64,000 bases of DNA from Lama guanicoe (taxonomy: Eukaryota). Positions 53,758-64,000 of this stretch are shown here, one piece after another; within the stretch, counting starts at the first letter, position 1, and the number at the start of each line of letters is the position of its first letter. Location of the stretch: NCBI GenBank assembly GCA_013239625.1, contig MU054212.1:7817412-7881411 (forward strand), read 5' to 3'. A program made the translations under genes and the position numbers. The notes below the pieces were generated by a model that was not told the DNA's origin, made no database searches, and was given only the letters and a program-made list of their open reading frames with translations.

Positions 53758-53930
53758 AAAAAGAATGAAATCATGCCATTTGCAGCAACATGGAGAGACC
53801 TAGAGATTATCGTACTAAATGAAGTCAATCAGAGAAAGACAGGTCATATCATATCACTTACATGTGGAATCTAAAATATGACACAAACGAACTTATTTAC
53901 AAAACAGAAACAGACTCACAGACATAAAAT
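53758..53930 (+). mobile_element. L1 fragment (ORF2 end/start of 3' UTR, no tail)
   Basis: 'aagaatgaaatcatgccatttgcagcaacatggagagacctagagattatc...acagactcacagacata'. Confidence 0.88.
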
Positions 53931-56434
53931 AACGTTTTTAAGATTCCAGCTTTAAACAGAGTCATCATTTCAAAAGACCTTCTGGAATGACAAACTCTGA
54001 GATGTATCTATCCTTAATCCTCCTGGGGAGTTAGAAGGCTCTCCCGGGATTTACAGTCACTTGAGCATCTCACTTTATTTTCGAGTTCCAGGTTTCGGTT
54101 TAGTCACTGTCGATTTGTGTCCTTGTAATCAGGAATATTCTAGAAATATACAATTTGGCACCTCACTTTATAATCTGAAGAGAATGTCACTGGTGTTTTA
54201 CAAAAAGTTCGAGCAAAAGACCAGAATTTGCAGCTCACTTCAACCCGTCTTTTTTCTTCAGCCTAATATGGATATAAAATGTATCTGGCAGTAGCGTTTC
54301 GTAGTATTGCCACAGCTTGCCAGAATGTTTGGACCTTTGCACAATGGTTCCTTTATTACAGTGAATATAAAAAGACATAAGATTCAAAACAGCCCATCAC
54401 ATTCCTTCTAATATTCCTTGTACTCAGGAGCAGATTTTAACATATGCTAAGTATTTGAATTTATTTTCAAAATGGTAAATTCATTCTTTTATTTGCTGCC
54501 CTTTCAGAGTTCTTAGTGCACATTTGGGAGGTCATGAACTGGCTATGTTCATTGCGATCACTTTCACACTGGATGAAAATTCAATCCTTTCCTGAGTTTC
54601 TCAAGCTTATTTATCACGTGGCTTTTTGACATAATGTAGGCGTTACCTTAGAAAGAGATTATCACAAACACAGGCTCTAGCCTGTAGACCCTGATTCTGG
54701 AAGACCTTTGAAGATTTTTCTTCACATTATGTGAAGGACTTAGTTAAATGAGCAGTGTGATTTTCGATGTGTTTATTACCCTCAATATTAAGCACTTAGA
54801 GTAAACCCTGGATATACCCACTAGGGTGGTGCCCTTTGCTCTTAATAAGATTTGCATATGGTTTTTGAGCCTGTCCAGAAAACTGGCGAAGGTTGAGAGT
54901 GTTATTAATTCCCCTCTGCAATGTGGGCAGGTAATTGAGAGTTACTGCTGACTGCGGAAAGAGGAAATTGACTTTAGGTTTTGTTAAAGAGATACTAGCT
55001 TCAGTAATACAGCAGAGCGGAGATTTCTGCTCATAGAATAATCAACCCAGATGTATCTCTGTATGCAGAAGGTGAAGAACAGACCTCAGTCCCTCAATAA
55101 GGGATCAGCTTATATGAACAGTGTGTGTCTACACTTGACTCAGGTACGTGGAGAAGTTACATCAACACCAACAATGAAGAAAGATTCCTAGTCCGGGCCT
55201 TTGAGCAAGGACATAAAATACAGGTTATCGGGGCAAATGGGGAGTCCTTTCATTCTCCCACAGTGTCTTTTCTGGAAGGCTGGAAGAGGGGAAAAAAACG
55301 AATAATTTGGAGGCTTCTCAGCTGTATCGACATCAGATACTGAACTAACATCATTTTCTGCTCTTTAACATATTTCCTTGTCTTGTATCTATTTTGTGAA
55401 AAACTGGGTCTCATTTATTAATATTTCCTCTAAGCACATTTTCTTCACATCTAATCTAATACAGACATCAAGAAACAGAGCTGGAGACATATGTCCGAGA
55501 CATCCCATCCCTTCCTATTGGTGTTTTTATCTGCCTAGGATGTGCTTAATTTAAATTACAGTGACTGGATATGTATTTGCTCAGTTCGATTTTTTTTTTC
55601 TTGGTTTAGTAGGAATGTTTGTGCTTTCTGATTTTTCAACAACCCTTACCCTTAAATAAATATTTTTAAAAGGCATCGTATCAGTTAATTCAGAATGACC
55701 CAAATAACAGTAAAACATTGCTCACTGCATAATGAAAAGTCACAGGGAAAAAAAAATGGGTACATTACTTAAATTTCTGTTTCTTATTTGTCTATACTAA
55801 ATTCAAAAATTATTTATGTTTAGGATTACCAATCAACTTACTTTTTAGATCTAAGCATTTTAAACTTAGTCGTTTTAAAATTAGAAAGATGCAGCTTATA
55901 TGAAAAATAACCAGACACCATGGATGTCATATTTTTACTTTATTTTGAAAATCGAAGTGTATTTTATGTCTAGAGTTTTTCTATTTGTGTAATATCCAAA
56001 AGTCACTTTGAGGTAATAAGCAAATGACATTAATTTACTAGAGTAATAATCACCAGTTTTCACTTTTAAACACTTGGTTTGCCGCAAGTCATTGTTGGGG
56101 ATAAACTGGCCATTATAGGTAACTTTTATTTTAACAGGCAGCATGACGTCAGAAGTGCCAAATTTTGTTCCCCCCCCCAAATTATTGAAAAGCATAAACC
56201 ACATATTCAAATTACTTATTGTTCTTTCCAGGTTTCCATTTAATGTCTATAATTTTTATGCTCAAGTGGCTCACAGGTTTCTGAGAAGAATTAAGATGGA
56301 TCTATGCTCTTCATCTGACTGAATACAGGAGGAACTGTCCAATGGTCTTTTCTAGGAAATCACTCAGTATTCCAAAAGGAAATAATGCACAGTAGCCTCC
56401 TTGGCTCACATCCCTAAATTCTAACATTTTTTTA

Positions 56435-56830
56435 GAAAAGCTACATGTGTAACAAATGAGTGAGGTAGTAATAATTGCCATTATCACAAATAAATCCCCA
56501 ACTTTCTCCTTCATGTACCAGCCTCAGGTAGGTGTCCTTGGTCAGTAGAACACCACGGTTGCTTCCCTCCATGTGGTGATTCAGGGAACCAGGCCCTTTC
56601 ATCTCATGGCTCTGCCATCCTCGTCAGCTCCAGAGTCCTCTCTTTCCAGCCAGCAGGAGTTGGGGAAAGCAGAGCTGAGCACACTGGGAAGCCTTATAGG
56701 GGCGGGCCCTCACTTTTGTTCACATCCCATTGGCTAGAACTTAATCACATGACTTAACTGCAAGAACATCTGGGAAATGTAGTACAGCTGTGTTCCCAGG
56801 AGGAAGAGAACACCCGTGGTCTTTGCCATG
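56435..56830 (-). mobile_element. MaLR LTR (MLT1J-like)
   Basis: 'gattcagggaaccaggc' and 'tcacatcccattggctagaacttaatcacatg...aactgcaag...ctgggaaatgtagt...tgtgttcccaggaggaagag'. Confidence 0.7.
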
Positions 56831-56964
56831 CCTACAATGTCACATATTCCTGGAACTGAGGGAAAGCACTGACCTCCTGGGGACAGGCTTCGAGGGCTAG
56901 CTTTGTCACTAAGGAATGGTGGAAAATTTAACAGATTCTAACTAACTTCCTTACCTTTCATATT

Positions 56965-57740
56965 ATTTGGTCTCATAGAGCTCACAGTCCAAAAGAAAAG
57001 ACAGACATCAAATAAACATGAAAATCAATGTACAATTAAAAATTAATGTAGGCTTCCTGAGAGCATGGATCATGCCTCTCTGGCTCCTAACACAGTGCTT
57101 GGTGCACAGTACGTGCTTAGCAATAATTGCTGAATGAACGCATCCATAAAGGCATGAATGAATGAATGAAAACATATGATGGAAAAAATAGGTGCTGTGA
57201 AAGAAAGCAGTAGGGGGAGCTAAATTTTGGGGGCAATTAGGGGAGATCTTTCTGAGGAAATAATACTGACATTGAAACCTGGCAGATGAGTAAAATTTAG
57301 CAAAGAGAAGGGTTGGGTGGTAGGTGGAGTTTTGCAGGCAGGGAAAACATCAGGTTTAAAGGATCTGAGTTGGGAACAGACTGATACGGTCAAGAGCTCA
57401 AAGAGAGTCCAGAGGGGCCAGGTGCTAATAGTACAAGTCAAGCTGGAAAAGGAGGCAAGAGCCGTAGCAGGCAGGGGGTCTAGGATGTGTTCAGCCTTGT
57501 GGTCTTTCCTGCGGGCACAGTGAAAGCCAGTGGAATGGAAAATGACAGAAAAGGGGTGATGCGATCACATTTTCATTTTAAAAGATCGTTCCAGCTTTCT
57601 GTCCACAATGAGTTGAAATGAGAATAGATGCAGAGAGACTAGTTGGGAGACGATTTCAAATCATCCAAATAAGAGGAGTGAACCAGGACAGTGGTTTTGA
57701 ACAAGGTGGAGGCAGAGCAGATGGAGGGAAGTTGGAGTCA
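56965..57740 (-). mobile_element. L2 (antisense) with a nested sense L2 3' end at ~57045-57170
   Basis: 'ctcatagagctcacagtc...agacagacat' plus a purine-rich body. The nested piece is 'cctaacacagtgcttggtgcacagtacgtgctt...atgaatgaatgaatgaa'. Confidence 0.7.
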
Positions 57741-59725
57741 ATGAACAAACACAGCAAGAGAGTCCCCTGGTTCTCCACTGCATTATTATTCTCTATGAAA
57801 TGTCATTACAGTGACCTTGCTACCACTAAAAGGAGACCTTTCAAGATAATTTCTGCTTCCTTCGCATTCTTTTAGAAGCTTTGTCCCAACTCTGATGATT
57901 TGCTTAGAGATCAGTCAAATAATAAGCATTTAAAGTTTGGCTAATATATGCATTATACATAGACAGAATCAGCACACACTATATTTTAAATGATATCTAA
58001 TGTATCATTTTATTTTAACAATAAAAGAGTTCACATTCAATGTAGAAGAAAATTAAGTTTGGCTAAATTCTTGGGGTTCTTCAAAACTCTCGATTTTGTT
58101 GTATTTCTGTTTCTCCTTGTCTTCAACAAATTATTTAGGTAAATTGCAAAATTAAAGTGGAGGGTTTTTTATTTGTATATATAACTGCAAATGTATCTTT
58201 AGTGTCCAAATATTTTACCCATGACATTTTTTTAAAGATACACTTGGGACCATCTGTGGTACTGTGGTACTGTTTGTTCTAATTTTTCAATTTAACGTCT
58301 CAGGATGTAATTCAAATATTGTAATAGAGTTAAAACTGTATCCTTGAAGCCAGTGTTCTACTATTTCAGAGTTAGTTGTAATGGCTCAGGCCTTTATTAG
58401 AATTTCTTTGGAGATAAGAACGCTCTGTACAGAGGACTGGAAATTCGATGCTCCTGAATTCCATTCTGCCCTCCTCCCTTCCTCATTCCCTCTTGGCTTG
58501 CAAATTTCTCTCTGTCTGTATTAATCATCTTGAAAATGGACATCAGAGTGATTTCCCAGAGGTGTTAGGAGAGCTATTTTAGTGTTTATCCATCAGCTTT
58601 TAAGATGATCTGGGCAAAGGAATATTATGATCTTAGGAACTGATATGTCGGCAACATGGTAAAACGCAGAAGTCAGAATTGCTGGGAACCCCTGGCAGAT
58701 TTCCTTCGTGAACATTGTACCGACAGTCAGTGAAATACATCCGGTAGGTTCCCTGCCTCACTCTGAAGATAGAGCCTCACTTCTGGGACTCTTCCGGCAA
58801 TGACCTTTACATGGGTTAAACATTTCCATTTTAAAGAGTTTATTTGAATAATTTTCACCCAGAATGTGCTATTTGTGCTACAAGTCAGTGGCTAAAACTC
58901 TTTGATGGCCAGTTGATCTCTGGAGAAGGAAAAAAACCAAACCTGGGAGGAATGTAATTTGTTACCAAGAAATTTGTGCTTGTTTCTGCCAAACACATCG
59001 ATGTTTATAATCGTATGTTTTCATTTTGTGTCCCTTGTGATGTTCTTTAGTTTCCCTTTGACATATGCCCCATTCTGTTTAGAAAACTTCCCCAAAAATC
59101 TTTTAAGCCATTTCTTGTTTTCTCCCCCTTGTTCTTTCGTGTCACGTGGCCACCTCACTCCAAGATTACGCTACCCGTGATCCAAAGCCAGAGTAGGAAA
59201 TTGAGAACTCTTGGAAATTCACTTTGTTGTTCTGCCACTAGTCTGGATGTGGAAATAGGATAGAAATATAAAAATGACATCAAGTTTGCTTTCAGATTCC
59301 GAGGTGTTCCTTCTGATTCCAAGCAGGTATTTGCGTACTTCGCTTATCTCAAAGCTGGTACTTCTCACCCTACTTAAAAAAAAAAAAAAGTCTGGGACTC
59401 AGAGTTTTAGATAGTCAGTTACACAGGAGAATTTGAGAGTCAAAGGAGCCTTACATTTTTTTTTAAGATTCCCAACTGCACAGAACAGCCCAGCAGAGCT
59501 CGGATTACACCGCGTTCTGGCACCTGGCACAGAAAATGAAAACCCTTGTGTCCTAAAAGCAAAGTGTTTGACGAGAAAAATTGACCTTCCAAGCACTTGA
59601 ATTTACTGCCAAAGTGCTAAAAATGAACTGTAAGCAGAAAAACTATGAGTCAGGTGAACTCTTCGTTCTGCTTCAAGGGTGAAGTTCCAGTTATATGAGT
59701 CAACTGAAAACGGTGAAAGAGGTCA

Positions 59726-59866
59726 GTGGGTGTGTGTGTGTGGGTGGGCGGGTGTGGGTGTGTGTAGGGTGTGTGTGTGGGTGGGTGTGTGTAGGTGTAG
59801 GTGTGTGTGTGTGGGTGTTGGGGGGGGTGTGGGTGTGTGTGGGTATGTGTGTGGGTGGGTGGATGT
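59726..59866. repeat. Imperfect (GT)n/(GGGT)n low-complexity tract
   Basis: Direct observation. Confidence 0.95.
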
Positions 59867-60854
59867 GTTGTTTTCCCTACATGTACACACCTGCTCTGCC
59901 CCTATGCTCCCCTTGGGACATAGTCTTTTTATAGTAATGGTGGTAATTAGATCCCTTCCTTTTTAGATGCTCTAAATCATCATTTAGATTTGGAGCCAAT
60001 GTCTCTGCCTCAAAATAGAATGAAAATTCGGGTTCTCTCCTAGCTGGTAGCACCCCTGGTCACTCTGAGTATTCAATGAATATTTATTGAGCTTGGAGAC
60101 AAGTTACTAGGCCTGTATGAAAAAGCTTCTACGACTGAGTATTTATGAGAATCTATTCTAATGTCAGTAAAGAACATAAAACCAGTATTGAATCAGACTT
60201 TTGGTTCTGGTAAAAACATGGCTTGTTTTTTTGTTGTTGTTACAATGGCATCAGGAGGTGTGTTATAAAAGAATGCAGTGATTCTTCCTGTCAGATTAAG
60301 AATTTGCCTCTAAATCCTGATGTCCGTTGGCAATTTATTACAGCTCAATGGCTCACAAGTCAGTTGGATGCTTAAAAATTGTTTTCCACCTTCATCCCCC
60401 TCCTAGTAATATTAGAAGTACATTCTGATGGACCTTAAACTTACCTCTTTGAAGTGTCAGTGAATTTTCAGGGAATGAGATTGTTGTCATCTTTTCCAGA
60501 TCATTCAAAGCTTTATACACTTCAGATCTTCTGTTTAATACCATGTTTTTTTCAGTCTGTCTTTATACACCTATTTCATTATTCCCTTTAGATACTTCAA
60601 ATATAGCCCTGTGAGCTCTGGTACCAAGTGGTACCTAAGATAGAAACACAGTGTTTTTGTGAGTTGGTCAGATTTTATTTCTGCATAATTGTATTTATGA
60701 TTCCATTTCCTTGTTACCTTCCTCATAAGACTTTAATGACCATATACCATTGCCAGCCACTTTTATTTTTTAAAGCCTGGGTTCCCCTCATTCAATAATA
60801 TGGGATATGCTCCAGTCAGATTAACATTCCTAAGACTCATGTCTGCACCTGTCT

Positions 60855-61360
60855 GTTTCATTCATTCAGCAAATTCATTTAATGAGTATTTTAGGCAGTG
60901 GGCTAGGGACCGGGAATACAGCTACCAGGTGGACAAGGTCCCTGCATTCCACGCACCTGCCGCAGACAGAGGAGACCAACAACAGACTGGTCATTACAGT
61001 AAGGTACCAGGAGAGGTACAGGATCAATGCAACAGCATAGACGGGGAGCCAACCTAATACAGGGGGCAGGTAGGCTTCCGGGAAGAAGTGATGTTTACCG
61101 TCTTACCTGGGGGTAAGTAGGAGTTAGCCAGACCAAGGGGGTAAGAGAAGGACAAAAGTGGAAAGATTACCAGCAGCAAAAGTACATGTAACCTTAGGAG
61201 GTGGAAGAAATGCTGTCTATTGAGGAACTGAACAAAGTCCAGCATGAATGGAGCGGGGAGTGACAGACAGAGAAGGCTGGAGAAGCGGGCAGGCACCAGA
61301 TCTCGGGAAGCCTTGGGACTGATGTCAGGGAGTCTGGACTGCATCCTGCAGTATAGCTAT
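60855..61360 (-). mobile_element. L2 (L2a-like) 3' region; further L2 bits at ~61380-61700
   Basis: 'ttcattcattcagcaaattcatttaatgag...gctagggaccgggaatacagc...gacaaggtccctgc' is the antisense L2 3' end. Confidence 0.75.
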
Positions 61361-63037
61361 GAAAGTGTCAGTGGCGTCTCTCCTTCCATCTAATACCATC
61401 CAGCCTCCTCAACTAGACGCTATACGATTTAGCCGCGTGCACCTTTTGAAGCCCCTTTCCTGCGCTTTCCTCCACGTAGCCCTGTTTAGTGTCCTCTGCT
61501 CACCCCCGCGTTTGCTTCTTCCCTTGACTACAATATCCTTCCTCAAAGCCTGCAGTTTGATGCAGGAAGCATTCGCTGAGTAACTGTTATGTGCCAGGCA
61601 TTGTGCGCCTTTATCCCTCCAATGTCTTTTCATTCATTCGTTCATTCATTCAGTCTATAAATATTTATTAAGCACTACCATGTAGAGGGAATCGTGCCAC
61701 ATTTAAATGACCTTTCTTCTGTGAAGGCGCCCAGATGCCTCAATTGGACTCATCTCTTCCACGTGTCTTCATCCTCTGAAATCCTAATATCTGAAATGTG
61801 TCTCTCCTCCAGCTTTTGGCACTTTTGATACTGCATTAGGGCTAATGATGAAACTTCATGGGTCTGAGTAATGAGCAGTGGGTCTTCAGTGCTCCACAAG
61901 GTCTCTGGGCCATCGGGGACAGAGTCCAGGTCCAATTTACCATTGTATTTCCCAGAGCTCTTAACTTTGCACTGGGAGCTGCAGTGTTCATAATAAATGC
62001 ATAAACGAATGAACACACTTATATAACAACCATGACCCACGTGGTCAAGCAGATCAATTAAATTATTTATTTGAAACTGATTAAGCCTGAATCTAGTATA
62101 ATTCCTCTAAAAAAAATTGCAGTTTCTGACAAGAGTCCAAGATTTACATAAAAATCCCACAGATGGATAAGATGTTATTACGGCTTATGCTTCTGAAGTG
62201 CTTGAAACCCCTCTTATCAGCTCTGCTCTGTGCTCTGTGTGTTACTTAGGCTTTTTGTGTATTCTTATAATTACATTCATTCATAAAAGAAGCAAAGTAG
62301 AGTAGATTTGGACCTGTTGATTGCTAAAAGTAAGATTCTTCCTCGCCTTCGCTTTTACAGCTCTCCGCATGGATTTACAGCTGGCGTTTTAAGCGATTAA
62401 CTGTTGCATTTCCTGGGCCCACCCGTCATACTCTGGGCCGGTTCTGTGATACACAGGGAATATTCGAGTTGCATCCTGATTGTCCCCACGGTGAATACTG
62501 TAGTCAACGCTTGATTCTCTCCAGTGTATTAAAGTCTGTTTGAATAACAGGACAAGGAAAAACCACTTAACCCTAAGGAATTTTAAAATGCCACTGAGGA
62601 ATCCGTGCTGACAGACCAAACAGTTTTGAACCAGAGACCCGACGTACACGTCTTCAGATCTGTGGGCCCCTTCAGCCTGTTCGTACATTCCCAGGCTTGC
62701 GAATGCTGTTTGAGCTTCATGCAAACTGTGTCAAAGGGTGTGAGGCCTTTCCTTGTCAGCCTTCAGAGGCCATGCCAGATAATCCGCTAAGGCCCACATT
62801 CAAAGTATTCCCCTGAGAGCAAGTCTGGGCTGAGGGTAGGGGCTTCACCAAGGGACTGTGGACTTAGTGATGTGCTTGGGTGGCCTCAGTCATTGACCTG
62901 GTCACTGTCCTCAATTCTCTCTTCTGTGACTGGACAGCAGTCTTCTAGCTGGATTGGTGATATTCTCACGTAGCTGATGTAACAGAGCTGTTGAGAATTG
63001 ACAGGGAGGAGATTTTCACTTAAGAAACGACTCTTTA

Positions 63038-63480
63038 GATCATTATTCTAAAGTGAAGTAAGCCAGAAAGAGAAAGAATGCCACATGATATCACTCATAT
63101 GTGGAATCTTAAAAAAAAAAAGATGAAATGGTGAATTTATTTCCAAAACAGAAATAGACAACACACAGACATTGAAAACAAACTTACGGTTACTAGGGGG
63201 AAAAGGGGTGGGAAGGGATAAATTGGGAATTTAAGATTTGCAAATATTAACTACCATATATAAAATAGATAAACAACTAGTTTCTTCTGTATAGCACAGG
63301 GAACTATATTCAATACCTTGACTACAAGGTATTGTAGCCTATAATGAGCCTATAATGAAAAAAATATGAAAACAAATATATGTATGTATACATATGACTG
63401 AAATATTACACTGTACATCAGAAATTAATACAACATTGCAAACTGACTATACTTCAGTAAAAATAGAATAAAAGTAACAA
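63038..63480 (+). mobile_element. 5'-truncated L1 3' end
   Basis: 'attattctaaagtgaagtaagccagaaagagaaag...caacattgcaaactgactatacttcagtaaaaa'. Confidence 0.92.
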
Positions 63481-63526
63481 AGGTAAACCTAAAAAAACAA
63501 AAAAAGACTAGAAATGCTCCTCCTCG

Positions 63527-63662
63527 TTCTGGCTTACCTCACTTAGAAAATGAATAAATGTATGTATGTGTATGACTGAAACATTGTGCTGTACACCAGA
63601 CATTGACACAACATTGTAAACTGACTCTACTTCAATTTTTTCTTAATGGAAAAAAAAAAGAA
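63527..63662 (+). mobile_element. Very short L1 3' end with inverted 5' segment
   Basis: 63527-63548 is antisense L1 sequence. 63549-63640 is the sense terminal ~90 bp of the L1 3' UTR, followed by an A-rich tail. Confidence 0.75.
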
Positions 63663-63779
63663 AGGAATTCTCCTATGCTCCCCTTTCTGTTTAGTTACTT
63701 CCCACTCCTCACCTGGTTAGTAATCCCTGAGCAGTTACCTGTCGTTGGGGACCTAGCTGTGTACCAGGTACAATACATT

Positions 63780-63900
63780 CATTCATTATCTAAGTTAATC
63801 CACCAGATGACTCTGAGGAAGCACTATTATTATCCTTATATTAAAGATAAGGAAAGAATTCTAGAGAAAATAAGGAATAGCTGTAACTCCATGCTCTTGG
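63780..63900 (-). mobile_element. MIR fragment
   Basis: 'ttaatccaccagatgactctgaggaagcactattattatccttatattaaagataaggaaa'. Confidence 0.6.
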
Positions 63901-64000
63901 CCACTCTGTATTTCTGCATCTTGCCAGTGTATATTCAGAGCAGTACCATTAATACGAGCTGGAGCGGAGCTTAGTTGTGAAAGTTAATCTCTTGGGCACA

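Noticed and set aside
56461..56482. TGAGGTAGTA, the let-7 5' sequence
   Set aside because: Only the first 10 nt match. The rest is unlike let-7, there is no evident hairpin, and it lies in an MLT1 relic.

Overview
This is mammalian, AT-rich, non-coding (intergenic or intronic) genomic DNA from a draft assembly with two N-gaps. It is most likely from a camelid (alpaca or camel), inferred from two tRNA-derived SINEs of the Vic-1 type and cetartiodactyl-type L1 3' ends. I found no credible protein-coding gene. The only ORFs with recognisable protein similarity are decayed transposon remnants: the L1 ORF2 C-terminus and the hAT/Charlie transposase dimerisation domain. Much of the window is interspersed repeat: about ten L1 3' fragments, a near-complete HAL1, L2 and MIR relics, MaLR (MLT1) LTRs, an ERV-type solo LTR, Charlie1a, MER81 and microsatellites. 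The most notable items are (i) a ~5 kb repeat-poor block at 14.6-19.6 kb with GC/CCAAT boxes and several strong + strand splice donors, a candidate promoter with alternative non-coding first exons of an unidentified gene; (ii) a 2.15 kb near-identical tandem duplication across a 17-N gap, probably an assembly artefact; (iii) retrotransposition and replication signatures readable in the sequence (a compound L1 insertion with a 14-bp TSD inside a solo LTR, a 5'-inverted L1, template-switch hairpins). I see no support for a novel multi-gene system. Repeat family names are from recall of consensus motifs, not from a RepeatMasker run.
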